From Fimbriimonadales bacterium (GTDB lineage: Bacteria; Armatimonadota; Fimbriimonadia; Fimbriimonadales; ATM1): 33,341 bases of DNA. Positions 9,211 to 18,697 of this stretch are shown here, one piece after another. The stretch is taken from assembly GCA_041744215.1 (NCBI GenBank), contig JBGTLG010000017.1:1-33341 (forward strand). Reading direction: 5' to 3'. Position 1 is the stretch's first letter, and each line of letters begins with the position of its first letter. The position numbers were made by a program, and so were the translations under genes. The notes under the pieces are model-generated. The model did not search any database. It was not told the origin of the DNA and was given only the letters and a program-made list of their open reading frames with translations.

Positions 9211-10514
9211 AGGCTCGGCGAGTACATCAAGCCAGCGAACAGGATGAGGCCAGTTTGTCCATCCCGTATCGCGTAAAAGAATGGACGATCTGCCCTAAAT
9301 ACGAACGGTTCACCTGCAGGCGCAGAGGTAACACTCATTTCAGTCCCCGTAACTGCGGCTGCTTCGGTCCCCACCTCGTTCACTTCGACAAAGGTCTTGT
9401 GAAGGACTCTGGAGATGTACAGCCGCGCGTCGCGCGTCATGCCTTTGAAATCTGCGCGATTGAGATCGAAAGCCGAGTGCATTCCCATGTCTCTGAGCGA
9501 GTCATTGAGAGTAGCTTTGTAAGTTGAACGAAACTTAGGGAGGATGACTGTGCCCTCTTGCGTCTTCAAGGTTGCAATCATTGGGCCAATTGTTTTCTCA
9601 TCGAGAGCTCTAGCGAAATCGCTGAGTGACTTGCCCTTCGTTGGCAAGACCACCAGCATGGACAGCCTGCCATCACCGTAAGGCAGTGAAACCGACTCGT
9701 AGTCAACGGTCTTGATATAACCGTAACTCGCGGCATTTCGCATGAAAGAGGTCCTTTTGGATTTACCTTCGGTTACATAGAAGTCGGCTTCATGTGTAAG
9801 TTCTTTATTGAACTGGTGTTTCCACATTCCTCGGAAGTAGATCGCGTTGATCAGGTACATCACCGCATCTTCAGGAACCTCATCGATCAGCTTGTCTATC
9901 TTGCCGTTCGTTGTGCGGGAGACCCAATCGTTTATGTTTGCCGCGGCGCTCGGATCCTTGAAACTCATCGTGCGAATCTCCGCGTCGAAAACTTGTCTCC
10001 CTCGGTCTAAGAAGTCTTGACGGAACCGCACTTGGTCCGATGCCCATATGGAGTTTGCGATCGTGAGTTCGACGTTTGCGCTTGGGCTTTCCATAAACTC
10101 CGCCAGCGTCTTGAAGCTGGCATTCGCCTTGTCTAGGCCCTCGCGAACCACACCGAGTGCAGAGGCCATCTCTTTGGCGGTGTCGCCCTCCGCACCATTA
10201 AATGCCATGCCGAGGCTCAGCGCGACACTGGCAGGGGAGACAAAGACATTTTCTCCCGCACTCCGGGCAGCGAGATCGGTGAGGAGCTTGAAGCCAAACT
10301 GGTTCGTTGCGTTCACTGCGGCGGCTCCTTCTCCTTGCTGAAGCTGTGCGGTCGAGGTTTGGCGCTGGAGAGCAAGCTGCTCCGGACTCTTCTCAAGCCC
10401 CATCCCAGCTCGCGCAGAATCCATTGGGGCGTTACAGCCCACAATTGCAACTGAACCTACGAATGACGCCGTCCACAAGGTCAAAACACGGCTGAAACTG
10501 GCTTGCACTCTCAC
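9207..10514 (-). CDS. Serpin family protease inhibitor, lipoprotein
   Basis: NVFVSPASV, INDWVSRTTNGKI, INAIYFRGMW, hinge EVGTEAAAVT, FRADRPFFYAIRD; lipobox-like IVGC. The true start may be GTG 10508. Confidence 0.95.
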   Translation of the reverse strand: MRVQASFSRVLTLWTASFVGSVAIVGCNAPMDSARAGMGLEKSPEQLALQRQTSTAQLQQGEGAAAVNATNQFGFKLLTDLAARSAGENVFVSPASVALSLGMAFNGAEGDTAKEMASALGVVREGLDKANASFKTLAEFMESPSANVELTIANSIWASDQVRFRQDFLDRGRQVFDAEIRTMSFKDPSAAANINDWVSRTTNGKIDKLIDEVPEDAVMYLINAIYFRGMWKHQFNKELTHEADFYVTEGKSKRTSFMRNAASYGYIKTVDYESVSLPYGDGRLSMLVVLPTKGKSLSDFARALDEKTIGPMIATLKTQEGTVILPKFRSTYKATLNDSLRDMGMHSAFDLNRADFKGMTRDARLYISRVLHKTFVEVNEVGTEAAAVTGTEMSVTSAPAGEPFVFRADRPFFYAIRDGQTGLILFAGLMYSPSL

Positions 10515-10618
10515 AGTATGGTACCTTTCCGATCCCTACTCAGGGCTATTTGATCGAATTCCTCTCTTCGGACGCTTCGAAGAGTAAGAGCGTTTCCAAA
10601 AGTCAGCCCAATGTCCTA

Positions 10619-11428
10619 ATGAAGAGTCTTCTTTATGCCATCGCCGCTGCTTCCGTTTTGGGCGCGGTTGGCCTCGCCCTGCACACAGCAAACTGCGGGC
10701 GCTCCGCAAAGCCTTCGGAAGCCCCGAAAACGCCAATTGAGAGGAAAATCGACGGCGGCGCAAGGGTCTTGTTCGTCGGCGCACACGACGCCGATATCCT
10801 CTTTGCCGGGCCGATCCTCGCGCGGGCGGGCTCACAGGGCATGGCGCTCACCCTCGGCGGCGGGGGCCAGGCTTTCCAAGATGCCTGCGACGCGTTGGGC
10901 GTCTCATTCTCGGCCGCAGGATTTTCGACTAGCGCTGCTGTGCCAGGTGAACCGCGCATTCGAACGCAGGACTTGAAGAATCGCGTGACTTCGAGATGGG
11001 CGGCCGGTGGCCGAGACCCTCGGCAACCGATACTCGAGGCCATCGAGAGCTTTCGGCCTGATATCATCGTGACATTCGATGATGACCAGGGATTCACCGG
11101 GGACAAGGAACACCGCGCGGTCGGACAACTTGTTCGCGCAGCGATCGACACAGCTCCAGGTCCCACACACCTCTACTGCGTAGTAAATCGCTTTCCACGG
11201 CGGTTCTCTGCACCAATTCCCACTATCTCAAGATCGCAGATTGTGGAGATCGCTTCGTCGAGGACCCCCCTCGCCGATGGAACCACACCCTACGAAAGAG
11301 CGATGGACGCACTCGATCTGTTCGTAGTAAGCGGCTCTGCCGAGGCGAAACTCTTTCCAAAAGAAACTTGGGAACGGCTGTTGCGGGAAACCGCACTCGT
11401 GATTGCATTCCAGCGCGACTCTGATTGA
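10619..11428 (+). CDS. PIG-L/LmbE family deacetylase-like protein with N-terminal membrane anchor
   Basis: VLFVGAHDAD (cf. AHPDD), RPDIIVTFD, GFTGDKEHRAVG (cf. HPDH). Confidence 0.75.
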   Translation: MKSLLYAIAAASVLGAVGLALHTANCGRSAKPSEAPKTPIERKIDGGARVLFVGAHDADILFAGPILARAGSQGMALTLGGGGQAFQDACDALGVSFSAAGFSTSAAVPGEPRIRTQDLKNRVTSRWAAGGRDPRQPILEAIESFRPDIIVTFDDDQGFTGDKEHRAVGQLVRAAIDTAPGPTHLYCVVNRFPRRFSAPIPTISRSQIVEIASSRTPLADGTTPYERAMDALDLFVVSGSAEAKLFPKETWERLLRETALVIAFQRDSD

Positions 11429-11439
11429 AGAAAGTTAGA

Positions 11440-11814
11440 TCACAGCTGCGCAGGCGGCCGAGTCCGCTCAATTTCGACGCCTGCAGCGGTCGAGGGATGC
11501 CCCGTTGGAGGCGCGAGCTTTGCCAGGCGCAGGCGCACACTTTCTACCTTAGGAAACTCAGCAAACAGTCGATCGACGCAGTCTTCTGCCACCGACTCGA
11601 CGAGGCTCCTCTGGTTCCCAGTTACGACATCACGTAAGATCGCTGTCGCCTTGCCGTAGTCGGTCGCGTCAGCTAGTCTGTCGGAGCGACCCGCGGAAGC
11701 AGTGCTGCCGTACATCCAGACGTCGACCCGGTACGGCCTGCCCACGCTCTGCTCCTCGGCCGTCGCGCCGTGAAAGGCATATAGGAGGAGTCCTTCAATG
11801 AAAACTGCGTCCAC
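11440..11814 (-). CDS. folB: Dihydroneopterin aldolase
   Basis: YAFHGATAEEQ, DRLADATDY, LVESVAE, KLAPP, GVEIER. Confidence 0.95.
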   Translation of the reverse strand: MDAVFIEGLLLYAFHGATAEEQSVGRPYRVDVWMYGSTASAGRSDRLADATDYGKATAILRDVVTGNQRSLVESVAEDCVDRLFAEFPKVESVRLRLAKLAPPTGHPSTAAGVEIERTRPPAQL

Positions 11815-11873
11815 GCCTGGAGTCTACTTGCAGACCTGGAAGGATTTTTTGGGCTGACCGCGAACGAGTGATT

Positions 11874-12161
11874 ATGTACATGGTGATTTCAAGATGGCGG
11901 CCGAATCCTGGGTCCGAAGACGAGATGCTGAAAAGGGCGATTGGCCCCCGCGAGACGCTACGCGCCCAGCCAGGTGTGTTGTTCGTCTACGCTCTACGGC
12001 ACGGCGATGACGTTTTTGTCTCGCACGGGTACTCAAACGAAACAATGTACAAGAAAGTCGTCGAAGATCCGGAAGGGGCCTTTGCCCGTAGCCTGTCCCA
12101 ATCGGGGCTTGAGGAAGTCTGTGATTGGGTTGAGTCCTGGCGCGGGGAGAGCCTCGATTAG
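11874..12161 (+). CDS. Antibiotic biosynthesis monooxygenase-like (dimeric alpha/beta barrel) small protein
   Basis: MYMVISRWRPNPGSEDE...LRAQPGVL pattern and size typical of ABM-like proteins; start uncertain. Confidence 0.6.
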   Translation: MYMVISRWRPNPGSEDEMLKRAIGPRETLRAQPGVLFVYALRHGDDVFVSHGYSNETMYKKVVEDPEGAFARSLSQSGLEEVCDWVESWRGESLD

Positions 12162-12250
12162 CCTCATCGTGTTGCGATAGCACTTGAGGGCCTCCAGGCC
12201 GGGTCATCGAATCTGTAGCCCCTTCTTTGACGTCTAAGTCGGCCTGCTAT

Positions 12251-12946
12251 TCAACTGCCGATTCGTCGATAGCCAGGCACGGTCCTAACATCGAATGCAA
12301 AGTTACTGTGGGTCAGGCCCGCAGCGAAGTTCGATTCTATCGTCGTCGCCTTGATACCCAGCTTCTTTCCAGATCGACTCTTCGCATCAACTTCGAAACT
12401 CCATAGAATCCATTTCTCTGGGTGGAAGACATAAATTATGCGAAGGTGGTCGCTATCTCCAATCTTCGGGGATTCTGCGACGATTCGTTTGTGCACCTTC
12501 CCACCAACTTCGATCGTATCCTCCGACACTACCTTCGGCGCAGGTTTGACCTCAATCCTGACGCCGTAGACATGCTGAGGGACAAAATTGAAGTATCCGT
12601 CGTCTTCTTTGGATAAATCTGTCGGCTTGTACTTTTCTTCGAATGCATCGTTCTTTGATTGTCGCAACTGATAGATACGCTCCGGGTGGAGCACTGCATG
12701 CGCCGTAAGTCCATCAAAACCTGTATCACTTACCTCAGCGCCATCTACGGATAGTCGCAGTCTGTTACGCTGTCCTGAGATGAGACGCTCCAACCTAAGT
12801 AGCTGGCTTTGACCATCCGTCGAGATGTTGATCGATAGCACTTCTCTGCAGTCAGTCAACGAACGGTAGGCATCATGCATCTTCGACTCCATCTCCTCAA
12901 ACGTTATTGTAGGAGTTGCTGTCAGCACGATTGCGGCAATGATCAT
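12251..12946 (-). CDS. Secreted hypothetical protein, possibly LolA-like fold
   Basis: Start MIIAAIVLTA overlaps the DUF1287 stop (ATGA); beta-rich; C-terminal F-x-F-x(4)-P-G pattern. Confidence 0.65.
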   Translation of the reverse strand: MIIAAIVLTATPTITFEEMESKMHDAYRSLTDCREVLSINISTDGQSQLLRLERLISGQRNRLRLSVDGAEVSDTGFDGLTAHAVLHPERIYQLRQSKNDAFEEKYKPTDLSKEDDGYFNFVPQHVYGVRIEVKPAPKVVSEDTIEVGGKVHKRIVAESPKIGDSDHLRIIYVFHPEKWILWSFEVDAKSRSGKKLGIKATTIESNFAAGLTHSNFAFDVRTVPGYRRIGS

Positions 12947-13566
12947 GAGGATTCCTTCGGGTAACGGTAATGGCCAATGATCGTCCAAGCTTCAAGGACG
13001 TCTTCTTCAGCAGTCGTAGATATATTGTGCATAACGAATGGCAATCCCCTTCGGTTACGCCGATCAGAGAGAATCCCAACGTGGTTCATGCCATTGGGAA
13101 GCTTCCAAAATACGATATCGCCCGGTTGCCATGCACTAACACTGCTTTGCTGGGTCTGGTGAGTTAGTGTATTCCCGAATCGCTGAAAAAAGGTCATTTG
13201 GTTTGGCGTTCGGCGGTGGTCAATGTTGCGGTCAGGTCCTTTCAATCCCCAGTTTTGCGGATACTTGGAAAAGTTCGCCTTCATGTCTTCGTGAATCAGC
13301 TTCTGAAGATCATAACCCGCATTCCTCAGCGCGCGCACAACTACGTCTGTGCACACTCCCTTGTCCTTCGGCAAGTCTCCATTGGGGTAAGCGATCGAAT
13401 AGTAGGCAGGGTCGTATCGAGTTCCCCAAGCAAGCTGCTTTCTGGCGCCTTCGACGATAAGCGCCGCAGCAGATTTGGACGCAGCACCGCTCTGTCCGGG
13501 ACCTGGCACCACTGCTAGGCTTCCCATCATCAAGAGTGCGCCAACAACACGCGAATCACGCCACAC
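12943..13566 (-). CDS. DUF1287 (YijF-like, NlpC/P60-related) secreted protein
   Basis: YDPAYYSIAYPNGD, GVCTDVVVRA, DLQKLIHEDM, DRNIDHRRTPN, WQPGDIV, HVGI, HNI. Confidence 0.9.
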   Translation of the reverse strand: MWRDSRVVGALLMMGSLAVVPGPGQSGAASKSAAALIVEGARKQLAWGTRYDPAYYSIAYPNGDLPKDKGVCTDVVVRALRNAGYDLQKLIHEDMKANFSKYPQNWGLKGPDRNIDHRRTPNQMTFFQRFGNTLTHQTQQSSVSAWQPGDIVFWKLPNGMNHVGILSDRRNRRGLPFVMHNISTTAEEDVLEAWTIIGHYRYPKESS

Positions 13567-13589
13567 GGGGTAAGTTTACCGCCATCACT

Positions 13590-14033
13590 ATGTACAAACT
13601 TATCGCTCCCTTGATGCTTGCTTGTGCATTCGTCGGTTGCGCGCCGAAAGAAGGCCCCGAGCCGGGTGAAGCCGGTAATGGGTCAACCGGGAGTCATTCG
13701 GCCTCGCCCCCTGTGGGAACAATTGCCGGTGCATGGAAAGGGATTGCAAGTCCCGAAGAACTTGCGCATGCAAGAGAACACGGACATCCGCCCAGCAGCG
13801 ATACGCTCAGGATCGACGCTGACGGAACCTTCGCACTGTCGTCGACTTCTCACGGCACAACTCAGACAATCGAAGGTGACGCTAAGATTGAAGGCACCGA
13901 AGTCTCTCTCACGCCGAGAATGACAAACGGAGTTCAGGCGCCGCAAGATATGCAGACACGTCCGCTTACCCTGCGACTCACCGACAGCGGGAAACTGGCT
14001 GACGAGCGAGGGAACCCACTGTTCGAACGCTAG
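13590..14033 (+). CDS. Hypothetical lipoprotein
   Basis: MYKLIAPLMLACAFVGC lipobox; low-complexity linker then IAGAW beta domain. Confidence 0.75.
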   Translation: MYKLIAPLMLACAFVGCAPKEGPEPGEAGNGSTGSHSASPPVGTIAGAWKGIASPEELAHAREHGHPPSSDTLRIDADGTFALSSTSHGTTQTIEGDAKIEGTEVSLTPRMTNGVQAPQDMQTRPLTLRLTDSGKLADERGNPLFER

Positions 14034-14090
14034 TCCGCGCTGAATCGACATTTGTGAGTGAAGTAAGGTGCACATTACCAGCAACGCTGG

Positions 14091-15032
14091 CTAACTCACG
14101 CGCGCCGCGGCGATAAGATCCCTGGGCGGAATAAATGTCACGTCTTCATCGACTGTGAGAAGCGTTTCAATTGTGGCATCAGGATTACCTTCAAGGAGCT
14201 TGGCAAGGATGCGCTCGACCGATTCCTCCGGCGTGCTCGCGCCGCTCGTGATGCCAATGACATTGAATTGCGACTTCCACTCGTCTCGAACGTCCTCTGG
14301 CTCGAGGATCAAGTACGCAGGAGTCCCGCACGTTTCTGCCACCTCTCGAAGTCTGTTAGAATTGGAACTCGTCGTGCTGCCCACGACCAGAACGAGGTCT
14401 GATTGTTCTGCGAGAGCCTTAACTGCGATTTGCCGATTCGTTGTTGCATAGCAGATGTCCTCTTTGTCCGGCGTTTCGAGGCGAGGAAATCGTCGCTTAA
14501 GAATGTCCATGATTCTCTCGACTTCGTCGACGCTGAGGGTCGTTTGAGTCACGACGGACAGCTTCCCGCTCGGAACATCCACCGCTTCAGCCTCTTCAAC
14601 ATTGTCGATGAGCGTCATGCGTTCGGGTGCCTCGCCCATCGTCCCCTCTGCCTCTACGTGGCCCCGGTGTCCGATGTAAAGCATGTTGTATCCAGCTTTC
14701 GCATATCGCGCAGCCTCCCGATGAACTTTGGTGACGAGAGGGCAAGTCGCATCGATCACATTGAGACTGCGCCGTGCTGCCGCTTCTCGCACCGCCGGGC
14801 TAACGCCGTGCGCGCTGAAGACGACGACCGAACCCTCAGGAATCTCTTCAATCTCCTCGACAAACACAACGCCACGATTCTCGAACGCCCGGACGACATG
14901 CTCGTTGTGGACAATCGCGTGGCGAACATAGAGCGGCGCGCCATGCACCTTCAGCGCAAGGTCGACAACCTCAATGGCGTAGGACACCCCAGCACAAAAG
15001 CCCCGGGGCGCGGCCAGGAGTATCTTCTTCAC
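14091..15032 (-). CDS. ispH: 4-hydroxy-3-methylbut-2-enyl diphosphate reductase
   Basis: PRGFCAGV, IVHN, SAHGV, DATCPLVTKVH, QTTLS, ICYATTNRQ, SSNS, GASTP. Confidence 0.98.
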   Translation of the reverse strand: MKKILLAAPRGFCAGVSYAIEVVDLALKVHGAPLYVRHAIVHNEHVVRAFENRGVVFVEEIEEIPEGSVVVFSAHGVSPAVREAAARRSLNVIDATCPLVTKVHREAARYAKAGYNMLYIGHRGHVEAEGTMGEAPERMTLIDNVEEAEAVDVPSGKLSVVTQTTLSVDEVERIMDILKRRFPRLETPDKEDICYATTNRQIAVKALAEQSDLVLVVGSTTSSNSNRLREVAETCGTPAYLILEPEDVRDEWKSQFNVIGITSGASTPEESVERILAKLLEGNPDATIETLLTVDEDVTFIPPRDLIAAARVS

Positions 15033-15049
15033 GGTGTGAGGATACCGTC

Positions 15050-16645
15050 TTAACGCCCGGCACGGGCATCAAACAGTTCATAAATGCTGACGCTGCCACT
15101 CACTTCATGCGCGATCACGAGGAGCGGAGTTCTGGTCGGGCTGTCGGTTGCGGCAATAAACGTCACCCCTTCAGCCCCAAGATCGCCGGCGGATTCCGCA
15201 GGCTTTGAAAAGTCTCGAAAGTTCACATACTGGATGAAGGTTGGATTGTAAGGGTCGGTTACATCGTAAATCATTGCCCCACCGATTCTCTCGAGTCCCA
15301 CGAACGCTATTGTCCGCCCGAACACGCGGCCGATGGCGACTCCCTCGGGCTCCGGTCCTTTGCTCATTGTTCGTGAGTCACGGCTCTGATTTGCCGTGTT
15401 AGTCGAGTTGTAGTCGAAAGGATACACGCCCGCGGTTATGATTTCGATGTTAGCGCCGCTGTCGAACACGAGGTTCAAGCTTTCGTCCCAAATGCTGAAC
15501 GACCGCCCGCCGAATAAGTGAATCTCATTGTGAAGCCCGTCACCGTTTGTATCACCCGTTGCACTCGAAACGCGCAACTCACCCAAAGCTGACTGTAAAG
15601 TGGCGGCATTGGGAAAGGACCTTGGATCGAGCTCGAGGTTCTTCAGCCGGACCTCTTCTGAAAATCCAGACCAGTCTCGTGCATCACCTTCGTTGGCAGT
15701 CACGATGTACGTCTTTCCTCCAACCGTGTAAGACGCGATGCTATCAGGTTGATACATTCCAAGCACTGGCCAGTTTTCGAACACGACGATGCCGTTTGCG
15801 CCAACCCTGCCTATCTCGTTGCCAGGTTTGGAGTGATCCTTCAGGCCCAGGGCATGGATGGATTTTACTGTTGCAGCAGGTATGTCGACGACCGCTATGG
15901 CATTGTTCTCTTGCAAGCCAACATACGCGGTCATCGAGTCAGCAGATATCGCAATGTACTCAGGTTCGAGGTCTTGCGCCACTGTTGCGTTAGGGCCAAA
16001 GATTCTGATTCTTGGATCTAAGTCCGCACGCGAGAACCCACGAAAGTCCGCAGTCCGCACGGAGCTTTGCGTCAGCCCCGCGACGCCGTTAGACACATCG
16101 ATCACACTCACCGTCCCCTCTGGATCAACAGTGTAATCATCATTGGGTTCGCCTTCGTCAGCTGTCAAGCAGTATTTGCCGTCTGGCGTAAAGCAGATCA
16201 TGTCCGGCTGGGCGCCGACGTGCAAACTCGCGAGAACGTTGCCATCAGGGTCCATGAATACAGCGCGGCCAGGATCAGTCTTTTTGTTTGCCTCCACCGC
16301 CGCAGCAAGCAAATCGTTGTGAACGGCGACGCTATTGACAACTCCGCCGTGTGTGGCAAGCGATACCGAACGAACCCGCTTCGGCGCACGAGGGTCGCGC
16401 ACATCCAGAATGTCATTTTGCCCAGACTCCGCATTGACAACATAGAGCCTTTGCGTTCGTGGATGATGTGCAACGATTTCTGCCGCACTCTTTCCGAAAA
16501 CACCACTCTCATATCGACCGAGAAGGCGAAGTCTGATGATTGGTGAGTCTTCTGTATGCTGCTCTGCGGGCGCTTGAACCGTCTGAGTGATCCAAAAGTG
16601 TGAACTCAATCCGAGGAGGACTATAGCGATGTTTCGTATCCACAT
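15050..16645 (-). CDS. Choice-of-anchor I family secreted beta-propeller protein (often annotated alkaline-phosphatase-like)
   Basis: AAEIVA, PDMICFTPDG, ADEGEP, DLEPEYI, LQENNA, MYQPD, ANEGDAR, GGRSFSIWD, KGPEPEG, GLER, HEVSG. Confidence 0.85.
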   Translation of the reverse strand: MWIRNIAIVLLGLSSHFWITQTVQAPAEQHTEDSPIIRLRLLGRYESGVFGKSAAEIVAHHPRTQRLYVVNAESGQNDILDVRDPRAPKRVRSVSLATHGGVVNSVAVHNDLLAAAVEANKKTDPGRAVFMDPDGNVLASLHVGAQPDMICFTPDGKYCLTADEGEPNDDYTVDPEGTVSVIDVSNGVAGLTQSSVRTADFRGFSRADLDPRIRIFGPNATVAQDLEPEYIAISADSMTAYVGLQENNAIAVVDIPAATVKSIHALGLKDHSKPGNEIGRVGANGIVVFENWPVLGMYQPDSIASYTVGGKTYIVTANEGDARDWSGFSEEVRLKNLELDPRSFPNAATLQSALGELRVSSATGDTNGDGLHNEIHLFGGRSFSIWDESLNLVFDSGANIEIITAGVYPFDYNSTNTANQSRDSRTMSKGPEPEGVAIGRVFGRTIAFVGLERIGGAMIYDVTDPYNPTFIQYVNFRDFSKPAESAGDLGAEGVTFIAATDSPTRTPLLVIAHEVSGSVSIYELFDARAGR

Positions 16646-16909
16646 AAGGTGCTCTTGAGGACGTTACTTGGACTGCATTAACGGAGTGCTAAAACGCGTT
16701 CGTGCCGTCAGTAGAGCGAGCCCCGAAACTGTTCAAGCGACTGATCCGAAGAGATCGCACCTGAACCGCGTTTCGTGCAGGGTCGTGGGTCAGCCTCGTT
16801 TTTTCGGCCGCAGCCTCTTCGAAAAGGTCCCCAGGAGCCCGTTGATCCGGTATCATAATCTAGCCGACCCTGACACCCAACCAAGTGAGACGGGGTCTGC
16901 CGGAGTTTT

Positions 16910-17473
16910 ATGCCAAGAAGAGTCGAAGAATTCGTCTTTCACGACAGTGCGACGCCTAAGATCGGGAGCATCGAGAAGGGCGGCAGCGTCATCACCCTCA
17001 AACTCGAAGATGGCATCAATTGGGCGAGGAGCAACGCGCTTTGGCCGCTCACTTTTGGTTTGGCATGCTGCGCCATTGAAATGATGTCGACAGTCGCGAG
17101 CCGTTTCGACATTAGCCGGTTCGGAAGCGAAGCATTTCGGGCAACTCCGCGGCAAGCGGACGTGATGATTGTTGCAGGCCGAGTCAGCAAAAAGATGGCC
17201 CCAGTTCTTCGCCAAATCTACGACCAAATGCCTGAACCGAAATGGGTCATCAGCATGGGCGCATGTGCGTCATCAGGTGGAGTCTATAACAACTACGCGA
17301 TTGTGCAGGGCGTCGACCAAGTTGTTCCAGTGGATGTGTACGTACCCGGATGCCCTCCGTCACCAGATGCGCTGCTATACGGATTTTTGAAGCTGCAGGA
17401 AAAGGTTCGCAATCAGCGCAACCTAAAACTGATCGAGCTAACACCACGCACTCAGGAGCAGGTGAACGCCTGA
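16910..17473 (+). CDS. nuoB: NADH-quinone oxidoreductase subunit B
   Basis: [45 protein letters not shown] upstream. Confidence 0.97.
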   Translation: MPRRVEEFVFHDSATPKIGSIEKGGSVITLKLEDGINWARSNALWPLTFGLACCAIEMMSTVASRFDISRFGSEAFRATPRQADVMIVAGRVSKKMAPVLRQIYDQMPEPKWVISMGACASSGGVYNNYAIVQGVDQVVPVDVYVPGCPPSPDALLYGFLKLQEKVRNQRNLKLIELTPRTQEQVNA

Positions 17474-17934
17474 TGATCACCGAAGTTGGAAAAGACATCG
17501 TCCTCCCGATATTGAAAGGATTCTTGCTTACTGGCAAGCGGCTCTTTCGAGACAAGGCCACGGTGATGTATCCTGAACAGAAGCGTGAATCCTACCCTCG
17601 GACAAGATGGCGTCACGTCTTAGCGAGGTACGAAAACGGACTTGAGAAGTGCATTGGCTGTTCCCTTTGTGCGGGTGCATGCCCGGCTCGGTGCATCTAT
17701 GTTGAGGCGGCAGAGAACACCGACGAAGAGCGATACAGCCCTGGCGAAAGATACGCAAAGCGCTATGAGATCAATATGCTTCGGTGCATTTTTTGCGGAT
17801 TCTGCCAGGAGGCTTGCCCAACAGGCGCAATCGTTTTGCGTAATGACTTTGAGCTGGCGGACTACCAGCGAGAAGACTTCGTTTACACCAAAGAGATGCT
17901 CATCGAGCCGATGCCAATAAGAGTCGACGGTTAG
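17473..17934 (+). CDS. nuoI: NADH-quinone oxidoreductase subunit I
   Basis: TGATG coupling to nuoB; two 4Fe-4S motifs [12 protein letters not shown] and [18 protein letters not shown]. Confidence 0.95.
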   Translation: MITEVGKDIVLPILKGFLLTGKRLFRDKATVMYPEQKRESYPRTRWRHVLARYENGLEKCIGCSLCAGACPARCIYVEAAENTDEERYSPGERYAKRYEINMLRCIFCGFCQEACPTGAIVLRNDFELADYQREDFVYTKEMLIEPMPIRVDG

Positions 17935-17937
17935 CGA

Positions 17938-18630
17938 TTACCCTCGAAAATTCGATTCGCCGATGCCGGTGTTGGCTCGAATGTTCGTGTAGCTGGATAC
18001 TCCTGCAACCTTGTTCTCGCTGTTCTTGACGGTCACTTTGGTTGGCACCCATACTCCATTGTGTTCGGTCGGTGTTTCGTAGAGAAACGTAGCTAAGAAC
18101 TCGCCCTTTCGGCTATACCACATGCGCTTCGTGATGTACCGCTTTTGCGCATCAACCCATACACGGTGGCGAGCTGTGTCGTCGGTGTGGTGATAGGTTA
18201 CGTCAAAAACGTGTTGCGATCCCTCCGTTCGAACGTATACACCTTTAACATAGGAATTCTTCATGGACCTCGTAATCAACCCGAACTCGAGTAGCGTCTG
18301 ATGCTTGCCCGGAGCCTTTGCTACGTTGTCGCGACCTTTGATCCCAAGCCGTGGGATGTTGTACGACTTGTTGAACCCGTTGATAATGTAGTGGGCATTC
18401 TCCCCATTGATGTTCATATCCAGCCTGATCATCATCGGCTCCTTCCAGAGGATGCGGGTCTCCTTAGCCTCGTATCCCATCGCAAAGTCGGCGTTGATCT
18501 TTCGCAATTCACTTCGGCTCGCAGTCTGCACCTTCCCGGTAAATCCGAGATCCTCCAGGCGATTCGAGATGGCATCGTCGAAGGTCGGGGCGATCAGCGT
18601 GCTGGCAAGGACGGCAGTCAGAATGGTCAT
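17938..18630 (-). CDS. LolA-like / outer-membrane lipoprotein-sorting family protein
   Basis: Signal peptide; WKEPMMIR, RVWVDAQK, GVWVPTK, YTNIRANTGIGESNF. Confidence 0.7.
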   Translation of the reverse strand: MTILTAVLASTLIAPTFDDAISNRLEDLGFTGKVQTASRSELRKINADFAMGYEAKETRILWKEPMMIRLDMNINGENAHYIINGFNKSYNIPRLGIKGRDNVAKAPGKHQTLLEFGLITRSMKNSYVKGVYVRTEGSQHVFDVTYHHTDDTARHRVWVDAQKRYITKRMWYSRKGEFLATFLYETPTEHNGVWVPTKVTVKNSENKVAGVSSYTNIRANTGIGESNFRG

Positions 18631-18697
18631 GGGTTAATTATGGACGGGCGAGCCCTCGCGCTCGTTTCACGGGAGCACTCGGGGGTATGTTCGTGAG

